Source: Hyalangium minutum
GTDB lineage: Bacteria; Myxococcota; Myxococcia; Myxococcales; Myxococcaceae
DNA length: 64,000 nucleotides
Direction: 5' to 3'
NCBI RefSeq assembly: GCF_000737315.1
Contig: NZ_JMCB01000004.1
Location: 62,001-126,000 of the forward strand
Below the pieces are notes generated by a model. It saw nothing but the letters and a program-made list of their open reading frames with translations, made no database searches and was not told the origin of the DNA. The number at the start of each line of letters is the position of its first letter. Positions within the stretch are counted from its first letter, which is position 1. Shown piece after piece: positions 1 to 10,477 of the stretch. Both the position numbers and the translations under genes were made by a program.

Positions 1-2
1 CC

Positions 3-2003
3 GGCGCGCTGGACCTGGTGCTCAACTTCCTCGCGGGCCCCATCAACGAGAAGCAGCAGAAGTACCTGGCGATGGCCAAGGACTCCACCGAGAAGCTCAA
101 CACCCTGGTGGATGACCTGCTGGATCTGGCCAAGTTCGCCAAGGGCCGGCTGCAGATGAACTTCGAGCTGACGTACCTCGACGAGCTGGTCCGCCGCGCC
201 GTCGAGAAGTACGGCCCCGCCTTCCAGGAGCGGCGGGTGAAGGTGAACACCGCGCTGCCCCAGTACGGCTTGCGCGTCATGGCCGATCCCAACCGCGTCA
301 ACCAGGTGCTCAACAACCTGCTGACCAACGCGGCCAAGTTCACCCCCGAGGGCGGCGAAGTCACCCTGGAGCTGCGCGCCACCTCGTCCCTGCCGGGCTT
401 CGTGTCGCTGTCCTGCTGGAACAGCGGCGAGCCCATCGCCGACGAGAACCTCGAGCGCATCTTCGACCGCTTCGAGCAGGCCCGCACCCCGTCCAATCGC
501 ACCGTGCGTGGCACTGGCCTGGGGCTCGCCATCTGCCGCCACATCGTCGAGGCCCACGGTGGCCGCATCTGGTGCGAGCCCAGCGTCCAGGGCGTGCGCT
601 TCGTCACCGTGCTCCCCGTGGAGCCTCCCCAGGAGCTGCTCCGTCCCGACGCCAACGAGATCCCTTATCAGGCCCGCAAGCTCGATTCGCGCGGCCGGGT
701 GCTCGTCATCGAGGGCGAGGTGGAGCTCGCCTACATCATCAAGGCGCTGCTGCTCGGGCGCGGATATGCGGTGCACATCGCCAGCACCGCCGAGGAGGGC
801 ATCCAAGCCGCTCGGCGCCACCACCCGGACGCCGTCCTCGTGGCCGTGCGCCTGCCCGACGTGGACGGACTGCGCCTCACCGAGATCCTCCGGCACGATC
901 CCGACACCCGGCGCACGCCGCTGCTCGTGAACTCCTCGTTCGATGAGCGCCAGCGCGCGTTCCGCTCGGGCGCGGACGCCTTCCTGTTGCGGCCCCTCAT
1001 GGTGGACAAGCTCCTGGCCACCGTGGACTCGCTGGTGCGCGGCCGCACCGGCCAGCAGCATGGCCGCGTGCTCGTCGTGGACGACGACGCGAAGATCGGC
1101 AGCATCTGCGGCGAGGTGCTCGCCAGCCTCGGGTTTGAAGTGACGGTGGTCGGCTCGCTCGAGGAGGCCCGGAAGATTCTCCGCGAGCGCCGCCCGGACG
1201 TCGTCCTCCTGGACGTGACGCTGCCGGACGGCGACGGCTTCGTCTTCATCGAGGAGATCAAGGCCGAGCGCGCCAGCGGCCACATCTCCGTCATCTTCCT
1301 GTCGGCCCGCGCGGAGACGGCCTCGAAGATCCGCGCCCTCAAGCTGGGCGGCGACGACTACATCACCAAGCCCTTCGATGCCCTGGAACTGGGCGCTCGC
1401 GTGGAGAGCGTGCTGCGCCGCAAGGAGCAGGAGCTGTCGGCCTCGCCCACCACGCAGCTGCCGGGCTCCAATGCCATCGAGCGCGAGGTGCAGCGCCGCC
1501 TCATGGCCCGCAAGCCCTTCGCCTTCTGCTACCTCGATCTCGACAACCTCAAGGCCTACAACGACTACTACGGCTTCGCGAAGGCCGATGGTGTCGTGCG
1601 TCAGACGGGCGACCTGCTGCGGGACATCTTCGCGCAGGAGGGCGTGCCCGGAGACTTCCTGGGCCACGTGGCGGGCGATGACTTCGTCTTCATCGTCGCC
1701 CCCGAGTCCGTGGACCGCATCTGCCAGCGCGCCATCGAAGCGTTCGACCGCATCATCCCGCTCTATTATGATCGGCAGGACCGCGAGCGCGGCCACATCG
1801 AGGCCGAGGACCGGTTCGGAGAGAAGCGGAAGTTCCCCATCATGAGTGTCTCCATCGTGGCGGTGATGAGCGACGGTGTGGCCCTGGATCACGCGGAACT
1901 GGCGCGGCGCGCCGCGGACATGAAGAAGCGCGCCAAGGCCATTCAAGGCTCCATCTACCTGCGCAGCGACCGCGAGCGGGAGACCCGGACCGTCACCGGA
2001 TGA
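3..2003 (+). CDS. Hybrid histidine kinase HisKA-HATPase-REC-REC-GGDEF, 5' end outside window; architecture resembles M. xanthus TmoK as I recall it
   Basis: Frame open from base 3. N box NLLTNAAKF, G2 box GTGLGLAIC, two receiver domains, C-terminal FCYLDLDNLKAYNDYYGFAKAD...GHVAGDDF. Confidence 0.9.
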   Translation, partial: GALDLVLNFLAGPINEKQQKYLAMAKDSTEKLNTLVDDLLDLAKFAKGRLQMNFELTYLDELVRRAVEKYGPAFQERRVKVNTALPQYGLRVMADPNRVNQVLNNLLTNAAKFTPEGGEVTLELRATSSLPGFVSLSCWNSGEPIADENLERIFDRFEQARTPSNRTVRGTGLGLAICRHIVEAHGGRIWCEPSVQGVRFVTVLPVEPPQELLRPDANEIPYQARKLDSRGRVLVIEGEVELAYIIKALLLGRGYAVHIASTAEEGIQAARRHHPDAVLVAVRLPDVDGLRLTEILRHDPDTRRTPLLVNSSFDERQRAFRSGADAFLLRPLMVDKLLATVDSLVRGRTGQQHGRVLVVDDDAKIGSICGEVLASLGFEVTVVGSLEEARKILRERRPDVVLLDVTLPDGDGFVFIEEIKAERASGHISVIFLSARAETASKIRALKLGGDDYITKPFDALELGARVESVLRRKEQELSASPTTQLPGSNAIEREVQRRLMARKPFAFCYLDLDNLKAYNDYYGFAKADGVVRQTGDLLRDIFAQEGVPGDFLGHVAGDDFVFIVAPESVDRICQRAIEAFDRIIPLYYDRQDRERGHIEAEDRFGEKRKFPIMSVSIVAVMSDGVALDHAELARRAADMKKRAKAIQGSIYLRSDRERETRTVTG

Positions 2004-3835
2004 AGCTCTACCAGCAGCTGATCCTCTTCATGCTGGCAGCCACCGTCCTGCCCCTCGCGGTGGTGGGCTTCTACCTTTTGTCGAGCTCCGAGGCGGAGCT
2101 CGTCCGGCGCATCTCCAGCGAGCAACGCGCGCTGGCCGAGGCCTCCGCCGAGAGCGTGGGCAGCACGCTCATGAAGACCGTGGATGCCATGGCGCTGGTG
2201 GCCGAGTCCCTCGAGTGGGACGGTCTCAATGATGATGAGGCCCGTGGCGCGCTGACCCTGATCTTCCGCCAGTCCAACGCCGTGAGCGCGGTGATGCGGC
2301 TGGACTCCGCCGGCAAGCCCCTGGGCCAGCCCGTGTTCTACACCCAGGAGTCCAATGGCCACCCGGGCTTCGCCGAGGCCTCCCTGGAGACGCTCTCGCA
2401 GTCCGTGCCCGTGCAGACGCTGAAGCATGGAGACAAGGGCCAGGCGGCCCTGGGCCGCGTCTACGCCCACGCCCTCAGCGGGCATTCCGCCGTCGCCGTG
2501 GCCATCAAGCTGGGCGCTGGCGAGAATGCCTCGTTCGCCCTGGCCGAGATCGTCCTGAAGGACCTGGAAGACGTGCTGGCGCACAAGGCCAAGGACAGCG
2601 TGGGCCGGTTGGATCTGGTGGATAGCACCGGGCGCATCCTGGTGAGCTCCGAGCCCGAGCGGCGGCTCGCCATGCTGGAGGCCGCTGTCCAGGCCCAGCG
2701 GACCGCCGCCGCGGGAGAGATGGTCCGCAGCTTCCAGGTGGAGCAGCCCTCGCTCCGAGTGAGCGCGGCACGGGTGCCGCGGGCGCTGGACTTCGACGTG
2801 GTGGTCTCCGTGGACGAGGCCGTGGCCCTGGCCCCCGTCCGCACCATGCGCCACACGGTGCTGGGCTCCATTGGCGGCTCGTTCGCGGTGCTGTTGGCCC
2901 TGGGCGCGCTCTTCACCCGCCGCATCACCGCCCGGCTCTCCCAGGTCTCCTCCGCCGTCGAGGCCCTGGGGCGCGGCGAGCTGGATCGGCGCGTGAAGGT
3001 GGATGGCGATGACGAGATCAGCGCCCTGGCCTCCACCTTCAACATCATGGGCGCCGAGCTGGAGGCGGCCCGCGCTCGGCTCATGCGCTGGAACGATGAT
3101 CTGCGCGCCAAGGTGGATGAGGCCACGGCCGAGTTGAAGGCCGCCCAGGTTCAGTTGCTCGAGGCGCAGAAGCTGGCCGCCGTGGGCCAGTTGGGCGCCG
3201 GCGTGGCCCACGAGCTCAACAACCCGCTGGCCGGCATCCTCGGCTACGTGCAGCTCATGCTCATGAGCCGCAACGACAGCGACGATGACATGGACACGCT
3301 GCGGAAGATCGAGCAGAGCGCCAAGCGCTGCAAGGAGATCACCCAGAACCTCCTGCGCTTCTCCCAGCAGCGCGCCCGCGCGGACCTGCGTGCCGTGGAC
3401 CTGAACAACGTGGTGCGCGAGGCGCTCAGCCTCACCGAGAGCCAGATGAAGGGAGAGGGCGTCTCCCTCCAGATGGAGCTGGCGCCTCCCGTGCGCGTGA
3501 AGGCGGACCCCGCGCAGTCCACCCAGGTGGTGCTGGCCCTCGTGTCCAACGCCCGCACCGCCATGCTGAAGACGGGCTCCAAGGTCCTCACCCTCCGGAC
3601 GGGCGAGCGCGACGGCAAGGGCTTCATCGAAGTCGAGGACACCGGCAAGGGCATCCTCCCCGAGCACCGCCACCGCGTCTTCGAGCCCTTCTTCACCACC
3701 AAGGATGTGTGGTCCAATGTGGGGCTCGGGCTGTCGGTGGCCTACCGGATCGTGAGTGAAGCCGGCGGCACCATCGACATGCGGAGCGAGGTGGGCAAGG
3801 GATCGTGCTTCACCGTGTGGCTGACGAAGGCGTGA
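2000..3835 (+). CDS. Membrane sensor histidine kinase (TM-periplasmic Cache-like-TM-HAMP-HisKA-HATPase)
   Basis: H box GVAHELNNPL, DTGKGI, FFTTK, VGLGLSVAY; ATGA overlap with upstream stop. Confidence 0.93.
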   Translation: MKLYQQLILFMLAATVLPLAVVGFYLLSSSEAELVRRISSEQRALAEASAESVGSTLMKTVDAMALVAESLEWDGLNDDEARGALTLIFRQSNAVSAVMRLDSAGKPLGQPVFYTQESNGHPGFAEASLETLSQSVPVQTLKHGDKGQAALGRVYAHALSGHSAVAVAIKLGAGENASFALAEIVLKDLEDVLAHKAKDSVGRLDLVDSTGRILVSSEPERRLAMLEAAVQAQRTAAAGEMVRSFQVEQPSLRVSAARVPRALDFDVVVSVDEAVALAPVRTMRHTVLGSIGGSFAVLLALGALFTRRITARLSQVSSAVEALGRGELDRRVKVDGDDEISALASTFNIMGAELEAARARLMRWNDDLRAKVDEATAELKAAQVQLLEAQKLAAVGQLGAGVAHELNNPLAGILGYVQLMLMSRNDSDDDMDTLRKIEQSAKRCKEITQNLLRFSQQRARADLRAVDLNNVVREALSLTESQMKGEGVSLQMELAPPVRVKADPAQSTQVVLALVSNARTAMLKTGSKVLTLRTGERDGKGFIEVEDTGKGILPEHRHRVFEPFFTTKDVWSNVGLGLSVAYRIVSEAGGTIDMRSEVGKGSCFTVWLTKA

Positions 3836-3872
3836 GCCTCGCCCGCGCGTGCGGTAGCCTTGCGACAACACA

Positions 3873-4856
3873 ATGGCTGGAAATTCTCCCCCCAGGCGCC
3901 AGGCGCCCTTCATCCTCGGGCTCGTCCTGATCCTCGCGGCGCTGCCGCTGGGGTACTTCGTGTTTCTCCACCAGCCTCCGCCGCCTCCCGTGGCGCCTCC
4001 GCCGCCGCCACCGCCGCCCGCGGTCGTCGAGCAGAAGGCTCCGGAGAAGCCCCAGGAACTGACGATCACCGATGTGAAGGGTGACGTCGAGGTCCGGCGC
4101 GCGGACGGCACGTGGGAGCCGGTGAAGCCCGGCCGCAAGCTGCTCCCTTCAGAGGTGCTGCGCACCAAGGACGGCGGGACGGCGTCTCTCCGTGGCGACG
4201 CCGCGGACGTGACAGTGGAGCCCAGCTCCGAGATGTCGATGGAGGAGATCTCCGCCACCGCGACCCGGTTCCTGCTCGTCAACGGTATGGCGACCGCCGA
4301 GGTGCACTCGGGCGTCCGGCACACCTTGGTGATGCGCGCCACGGGCAGTGATGCCGTGGCGACCACCACCGCAGGCAAGTTCGCCATGAGCAACAACGGC
4401 GCGGGCACCGTCGCCGTCGGCACGCAGGCGGGTGAGGTCACCTTCCAGGGCAACGGGAAGATCGTCATCGTCCGCGCCGGCCAGCAGTCCGTGGTGCGGC
4501 CGGGCTCCAGCGGCCCCTCCGAGCCGGTGAACATTCCCTCCAGCCTGCTGCGCAAGGTGCAGTGGCCCTCGGCGCGGCAGAACAAGCGCGAGATCATCGT
4601 TCAGGGCGAGGCCGAGCCCGGCACCCGCCTGGAGATCGGCGGACAGACGTTCTCTCCGGGCCAGGACGGCGTCTTCACTCGCACCGTGTCCCTGAAGGAA
4701 GGGGAGAACGACGTGAAGCTCAAGGTCTCCTCCGTGGGCGGCAACCAGGAGGAGGCGAGCCAGAAGTTCCACGTCGACACCCAGGCTCCCAAGTTCAAGG
4801 TGAAGATCCCCTGGAATAACGCAGGGGGTCAGACTTCACCCAATCCGAATCCCTGA
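3873..4856 (+). CDS. Membrane-anchored FecR-domain protein with Pro-rich linker and C-terminal Ig-like domain
   Basis: N-terminal TM, poly-Pro linker, FecR-like GDVEVRR...LLPSEVLRTKDGGTASL...VTVEPSSEM, C-terminal SLKEGENDVKL. Confidence 0.8.
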   Translation: MAGNSPPRRQAPFILGLVLILAALPLGYFVFLHQPPPPPVAPPPPPPPPAVVEQKAPEKPQELTITDVKGDVEVRRADGTWEPVKPGRKLLPSEVLRTKDGGTASLRGDAADVTVEPSSEMSMEEISATATRFLLVNGMATAEVHSGVRHTLVMRATGSDAVATTTAGKFAMSNNGAGTVAVGTQAGEVTFQGNGKIVIVRAGQQSVVRPGSSGPSEPVNIPSSLLRKVQWPSARQNKREIIVQGEAEPGTRLEIGGQTFSPGQDGVFTRTVSLKEGENDVKLKVSSVGGNQEEASQKFHVDTQAPKFKVKIPWNNAGGQTSPNPNP

Positions 4857-4948
4857 AGCGCATGACGCCTCGGCGCTGCCAGCCGAGTTCCCGCCCTGCG
4901 AGATAGGATTTCTGGGATTCCGGAGGGGATTGTAGAGTCGGAGACAAT

Positions 4949-6886
4949 CTGAACCGGCTTGCTCCAGTCCTGCTCCTACTGCTCGCTCCGGCAGCGCTGG
5001 CGGATACGCTCGAAATCCTCGGGCCTTCCGAGGCCGTGCCGCCGGAGGGCTTTGCCGTGGCGCTCGTGCGGCGCGACGCGGTGGGGGCCCCTGCTTCTCT
5101 GGAGGCCCCGGTGCTGTCCGCCGAGGGCGCTGAGGTTCGCGCTGGAGCTCCGCAGCCGCCGCTGAGCACCTTCCTCGTCCAGCCCCAGCCGGGCGCTCGG
5201 ACCGTGGTGCTGCACGCTCGCTCCGGCTCGCTGCAGGCCGAAGCGCGGTATGCCATTGGCCCTCCGGTCTCCGCTGTCACCTTGGCGCTCGAGCCCGCCA
5301 CTCCCGTGAAGGGACGGGACAAGGAAGCCACCCTCACCGTGCGGCTGCTGCGGCCGGATGGGACGCCGGATGATTCCGGTGCGCCGCCCGTGGTGCGCTC
5401 GAACGTGGGCCGCGTGGAGGCGCTCTCGAGGACGGGGCCCGGCACGTACCGCGCCCGCTACGTGCTGCCCTCCACGAGCTACCCGGAGGTGGCCGTCCTC
5501 GTGGCGCTCTCGGCATGGCCGCACCCGCAGTCCATCTATGGCGCGTTCGGGAAGATGCTCGTCCCGCTGGCGGCGGCCGTGGATCTGCCGGGCGAGACGG
5601 AGCCGGATGCGCAGATCTCCATCACCATCGCCGGGAAGACGTATGGCCCGGCGCAGGCCGGCAGGGATGGGAGCTTCCAGCTCCCGGTGATCGTCCCTCC
5701 TGGGTTTCCGTTCGGACAGGGGCGCGTGGTGGACAGGGCGGGCAACGTCCGGCGCACGCCCATCGATCTCGGCGTGCCTCCCACGGATGGCCTGGCCTGC
5801 GTGCTCAACCCAACGCGGCTGCCCGCGGATGGGGCCTCGCGCGCGCGGCTGCTGTGCGCGGCGAGTGATCGGCTGGGCCGGCTCATGCCGGATGCCCGCG
5901 TCACCGCGAAGCCGCGCTACGGAACGCTGCGAGGGCCCCAGCGCGCCGAGGGCGGTCTGCTCGAGTGGATCTACACGGCGCCTCGGGAGCTCCCCACGGA
6001 GCCCGAGCGCATCCTGGCGGCGTGGCCCCAGGGCGGCTCGAACTCTCGGGAGGAGCTGACGCTCCAGCTGGTCCAGGGGCCGGTGGAGAAGGTCTCCGTG
6101 TCCATGGCCGAGCCGCTCGTGCACCACGGCGCCGAGGTGCCGCTGGCCGTCGAGGTGGAGGATGCCTTCGGCCGGCGCCGCCCGGGTGCCCAGGTGGTGC
6201 TCAGCGTTCCCGAGGGGACAGCCTCTCCGCTGAAGGAAGAGCGCCCGGGAACGTTCCGAGGCACGTGGACACTGCCCGCCGAGGGGCCGGGCGGGGAGGG
6301 CGTCGTACAGGTGCGCGCGTTTGGCCCCGTTGGCAGCGAGCCCGCTCGCCTCAGTGCGTGGGTCCGGGACGGAGAGCTGTTCGTAGGCGTGTCGGATCTG
6401 GCCGGCCTGCCCATCCCCGCGCAGCCGTTGAAGGTGGGCGGTGAGCAGCGCGAGACGGGAGCGGATGGCACGGTGAGCCTGGGCCTGCTGCGCCCCGGCC
6501 GGGTCGAGGTCGTCCACGGCATCTGGCCCGGGCTGCGCAAGGTGATTCATGTGCTGGGCTCCAGCGGCCCGGTGTATCCGCAGGACCTCCCGCTGGTGCC
6601 CGCTCCCGTGGAGAAGAAGGTGAGCATCGAGGCCTTCATCCCCGTGAACGTGCGGCTCCAGGTGGAGGGCTCTCGGGTGACGTACTGGGCGGAGGATCTC
6701 CGCGGGAACGTGCTCCCTCAGCGCCCCCTGCATGTGGCGCTCTCTTCCGGACGCCAGGAGGCGGTGGAGAAGCTCCGTGACGGGAAGATCCGGTTCACCG
6801 TCGCAGGCGCCCGGCCCGGGCGGGTCAGCGTGTCCGTGGCGGATGTGCAGACGGGGATGACGGCTGTGGCCGAGGTGAAGCCGTGA
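4949..6886 (+). CDS. Secreted multi-Ig-like (invasin/Big_1-type) protein; probable CTG start
   Basis: In-frame extension of ORF 5036-6886 gives signal peptide (M)NRLAPVLLLLLAPAALA-DT after GGAG; in-frame TAG at 4904. Repeated beta-sandwich motifs (GPGTYRARYVLP, GGLLEWIYTAP, PGTFRGTWTLP). Confidence 0.75.
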   Translation: MNRLAPVLLLLLAPAALADTLEILGPSEAVPPEGFAVALVRRDAVGAPASLEAPVLSAEGAEVRAGAPQPPLSTFLVQPQPGARTVVLHARSGSLQAEARYAIGPPVSAVTLALEPATPVKGRDKEATLTVRLLRPDGTPDDSGAPPVVRSNVGRVEALSRTGPGTYRARYVLPSTSYPEVAVLVALSAWPHPQSIYGAFGKMLVPLAAAVDLPGETEPDAQISITIAGKTYGPAQAGRDGSFQLPVIVPPGFPFGQGRVVDRAGNVRRTPIDLGVPPTDGLACVLNPTRLPADGASRARLLCAASDRLGRLMPDARVTAKPRYGTLRGPQRAEGGLLEWIYTAPRELPTEPERILAAWPQGGSNSREELTLQLVQGPVEKVSVSMAEPLVHHGAEVPLAVEVEDAFGRRRPGAQVVLSVPEGTASPLKEERPGTFRGTWTLPAEGPGGEGVVQVRAFGPVGSEPARLSAWVRDGELFVGVSDLAGLPIPAQPLKVGGEQRETGADGTVSLGLLRPGRVEVVHGIWPGLRKVIHVLGSSGPVYPQDLPLVPAPVEKKVSIEAFIPVNVRLQVEGSRVTYWAEDLRGNVLPQRPLHVALSSGRQEAVEKLRDGKIRFTVAGARPGRVSVSVADVQTGMTAVAEVKP

Positions 6887-9800
6887 GGTGGATCGCCTGC
6901 ATGCTCGGCGTCGTGCTCCTGCCCTGGACCGTCCGGGCGCAGGGCGGGGTGGAGGATCCACCGGCGCTCTCGTCCACGGTGGCCGGGCGCGTGTGTGACG
7001 ATCGCGATGGAGATGGGCGCTGCGCTCCGGACGAGCCGGGCCTGGCCGGGGTGCGGCTGGTGCTCGCCACGGGCAGCGAGGTGCGGACGGATGCGCAGGG
7101 GCGCTACCACCTCACGGGCGTGGACTCGCGCACCCCAGACCGGACGGGCGGCGTGCACCTGCGGCCGGGGCGCCACCGCCTGCGCGTGGATCCGCGTACC
7201 TTGCCGCCCGGGAGCAGGCCGAGCCCCGAGGCCGTCACGGTGGAGGTGCCCTGGGGCGCCGTGGTGCTGCAGGACTTCGCGATCCGCGTCCGCGTGGAGT
7301 CCGTGAGGGCTCTGGCACCCCCGCCCGCCGAGGCCCCTCCCCAGGCGGAGATCCGAGATGAGGGCCTCGCCTTCGTCGTGACGGGGCAGGCCTCGCCGGG
7401 CGATCGCGTGCGCGTTGCGGACACCGAGGCCGAGGTGTCCGCGGATGGAATCTACCGCGCGACCGTGATGCTCGGGCCCGGAGAGAACGTGCTCTCCATC
7501 ACCGCGACCTCGCCGGGCGGAACAGCGCGCTTCTTCCGCCAGCGCGTCGATGCCGTACGGCGGCAGGGCAGTTGGCTCATCGCTCCCCGCGCCATCGAGC
7601 CTCAGGGCGTGCTGCGGCTGCCGGCCGGGCCCGAAGAGGAGGTGCCCAGCGGCATGGCCTCTCTGCGCGTGGAGGCTCCCAAGGGAACGCGCGTGCGCTC
7701 GCCTCAAGGTGAGGTAACGGTGGGGCCCCAGGGTGAGGCCGAAGTGCCGGTGACCCTCACGCCCGGGCGGAACACGGTGGCTCTCGAGCTGGAGCGGCCG
7801 GGTGAGGCGGCCCGGAAGGAGACGCTGGAGATCGTCGCCGCAGCACGGCCCTTCGCCGTGGGGTTACTGGATCTCGAGGGCGCATACTCGCTCGGCGAGG
7901 GGGACTTCCAGCTCCACGGGCGTGGCGCGGCCCATGTGGAGGCCCAGCTGGGTCAGCTTCAGCTGCTCGGTGAGGTGGACCTGCGCGACACGGACTTCCG
8001 GGCGCTCCACTCTCGGGATGCGTCGTCCTGGCTGCGGCCCCGCTTACCCGAGCGCTTCGAGCGCAGCCTGGACCCGGAGCGGGCCATCAACGAGTGGGGA
8101 GATAACTCCGTTTCCCTGGCGCCCAACGCCTCCGAGGGCCGTCTGCGCCTGGAGGCCCGGCATGAGGCGTTCGGGCGCGCGGGCCTCGGGACATACCGGG
8201 CCCTCATGGCCGAGGGCGAGGTGGGCCGCTACTACCAGCCTCTCTTTGGACCCTTCGCGGAGCTGAGGACGGAGGCGGGCCCCGTCCGCGTGGGCGTGAA
8301 CGCGTTCGCGGGCAGCCTCTCGGATCCCGTGCGGGGCCTGTCCTCCAAGCCCGCCCACGAGGAGCTGCGGGCCACTGGCGGCAGCCTCTACTTCCTGGGC
8401 GCGACGGCCATCGCGGAGGGCTCCGAGTTGCTGCGCGTGGAGCTGCGGGACGGGCTCACCGGACTGCCCCTGGCCGAGCAGCACCTGGTGCGCGGCAAGG
8501 ACTACGAGATCGATTACCTCGCGGGGCGCATCTTCCTGGCGCGGCCGCTGTCGTTCCTGGCGGGCGGCCCGTGGCTGCGCACCGATGCGCTGACGGCGGC
8601 TCCCGAGCCCGTGCTTGTCGCCGACTACGCCGCGCTCGAGCTGTCGGGCTCTCGGGACTCGGCCGGTGGCGAGGCTTGGGCGGAGTGGGGTGGTTCGCGC
8701 GTGTCTCTCTCTGGAGTGCGCGAGCGCCGCGCGGGGGCTCCTTATGGGCTCTTCTCTGGGCGGGCGCGGAGCAAGCTGGCGGGCTACACGCTGGAGGCCG
8801 AGGCGGCTCGCAGCTCCGGGCTGGCCATCTCGCCCGAGGTGTTCGGTGTCTCGGACGACGGCGGAATCACGTACCTGCGGCCCACGAGGGACCTGGCCAC
8901 AGGCGGCGACGCGCTCGGTGTCCGGGTGCATGGCCCAGGGCCGCTTGGAGGCGGCTCGGTGGACGCGGCGTTCCGGTGGCGGGACCGTGGCTTCTCCGAT
9001 GGCGCGCACACCGAGACCGCGCTCTTCCGGCAGCTCTCCCTGCGCGCCTCGCAGCCGGTGGGGGCTTTCCGCCTCACGCTGCTCGGGGATGATCGGACCA
9101 CCGCGGATCCGCGCTTGCCGTTTGCTTCCACCTCCATCTCCGCGCGCACACTGGGTCTGGGCGCCGCGTACGAGCGCGAGGACTGGAGCGTCCGTCTGGA
9201 GCTGAGGGACGCGTGGCTCCGCGCCTCCGAGCTGGCAGGGGAGGGGATCGCGCTGGAGGGTGGACGGACCTCGGTGGGCCTCCAGGGGCGTTTGCGCGTG
9301 CACGAGCGCGTGGTGCTCACGGCGGGGCATCGGCAAGCGCTCCTGATGCGCGGCGCGGGGTTGGGCAGTGTGGATGACTCGTTTGCTTCGGCGGGCGTGG
9401 ACGTGCAGCTGGACGAGGACACCACCGTGGGCGTCCGCGGCGGCTGGGGGCCGGAGCTGGGCCCGCAAGTCTGGGCGAACGCCGCCGTGCGCCGCGGGCC
9501 CGAGGTCTTCTATGGCGGCTACTCGGCGGACGTGGACGGTCCGGACTTCGGGGCGGGCCGCGCCGTCATGGGGGCTCGGACCGAGCTGGACGATGGGACG
9601 AGCGTCTTCGTGGAGGACGTCAGCGCGCACGATGCGAACGCGGTGCGGCAGGCCCGTGCGGTGGGCTTCCAGCAGGCCCTCTTCGGCGGGCTCCAGGTGG
9701 GGGGCCGCTACGAGCGCGGCGTCCGCCACCCGCTGGATCTGCCCTCTTCGCTGACGCGGGACAGCGGTGGGCTGTTCGGGCAGCTCGTGCGCGAGCGCTT

Positions 9801-10464
9801 CCGCGTGGACGGCCGGGCGGAGCTGCGCCGCGAGCGGGGCACGCCCGTGCGCGGGGCACAGGTGCCGGTGGATCGGGTGCAGGCGGTGGTGGCGCTCGCC
9901 GCCGAGGCGCTGCTGCGCGAGGACCTGAGCCTCTCCGGGCGCGTGAACTTCGCTCGCACTGTGGGTGGGGAACAGCTGGAGGAACGGCTGCTGGAGGGGT
10001 CGGCCGGCGCGGCATGGAGGCCCGGCCCGTTCCTCCTCGTGGCGCGCTACAGTGTCACCCGCGAGCTGCTCCCGGGGGAGCGGGGCGCCTTCGGCGATCG
10101 GGCCTTGCAGGTCCTCTCGTTGTTGCCGGCGGTCCGGCTCGGAGATCGGCTGGCGGTGGCGGCCGGGGTGCACGCGGGGCGCTCGAGCCTGGGCGGCACG
10201 GCGGCCTGGGGCGTGACGGGGACGTTGCGGCCCTCCGTGCGGGTGGTCGGGGGTCTGGAAACGGCGGTGGAGGTCGCACGGCGGACAGCGGCGAGTGACG
10301 GTGGCGCGCTGAGCTCGCTACGGGCCGAGGTGGGGTATCGGGTGGACGAAGGCCTGCGGTTCGCCGCAGGCTACACGGTGTTGGGTTTCAGCGGCCTCGG
10401 GCTGTCTGGAGAGACGACGGATGAGTCGAACCGGCTCTACCTCCGAGCAGAGATCGCCTACTGA
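6883..10464 (+). CDS. Large outer-membrane protein: signal peptide, SdrD-B-like domain, Ig-like domains, C-terminal beta-barrel
   Basis: GRVCDDRDGDGRCAPDEPGLAGVRL is SdrD_B-like; long amphipathic beta-strand region; ends RLYLRAEIAY (aromatic beta-signal); GTGA overlap. Confidence 0.78.
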   Translation: MRWIACMLGVVLLPWTVRAQGGVEDPPALSSTVAGRVCDDRDGDGRCAPDEPGLAGVRLVLATGSEVRTDAQGRYHLTGVDSRTPDRTGGVHLRPGRHRLRVDPRTLPPGSRPSPEAVTVEVPWGAVVLQDFAIRVRVESVRALAPPPAEAPPQAEIRDEGLAFVVTGQASPGDRVRVADTEAEVSADGIYRATVMLGPGENVLSITATSPGGTARFFRQRVDAVRRQGSWLIAPRAIEPQGVLRLPAGPEEEVPSGMASLRVEAPKGTRVRSPQGEVTVGPQGEAEVPVTLTPGRNTVALELERPGEAARKETLEIVAAARPFAVGLLDLEGAYSLGEGDFQLHGRGAAHVEAQLGQLQLLGEVDLRDTDFRALHSRDASSWLRPRLPERFERSLDPERAINEWGDNSVSLAPNASEGRLRLEARHEAFGRAGLGTYRALMAEGEVGRYYQPLFGPFAELRTEAGPVRVGVNAFAGSLSDPVRGLSSKPAHEELRATGGSLYFLGATAIAEGSELLRVELRDGLTGLPLAEQHLVRGKDYEIDYLAGRIFLARPLSFLAGGPWLRTDALTAAPEPVLVADYAALELSGSRDSAGGEAWAEWGGSRVSLSGVRERRAGAPYGLFSGRARSKLAGYTLEAEAARSSGLAISPEVFGVSDDGGITYLRPTRDLATGGDALGVRVHGPGPLGGGSVDAAFRWRDRGFSDGAHTETALFRQLSLRASQPVGAFRLTLLGDDRTTADPRLPFASTSISARTLGLGAAYEREDWSVRLELRDAWLRASELAGEGIALEGGRTSVGLQGRLRVHERVVLTAGHRQALLMRGAGLGSVDDSFASAGVDVQLDEDTTVGVRGGWGPELGPQVWANAAVRRGPEVFYGGYSADVDGPDFGAGRAVMGARTELDDGTSVFVEDVSAHDANAVRQARAVGFQQALFGGLQVGGRYERGVRHPLDLPSSLTRDSGGLFGQLVRERFRVDGRAELRRERGTPVRGAQVPVDRVQAVVALAAEALLREDLSLSGRVNFARTVGGEQLEERLLEGSAGAAWRPGPFLLVARYSVTRELLPGERGAFGDRALQVLSLLPAVRLGDRLAVAAGVHAGRSSLGGTAAWGVTGTLRPSVRVVGGLETAVEVARRTAASDGGALSSLRAEVGYRVDEGLRFAAGYTVLGFSGLGLSGETTDESNRLYLRAEIAY

Positions 10465-10477
10465 GTGGAGGCCTCGG

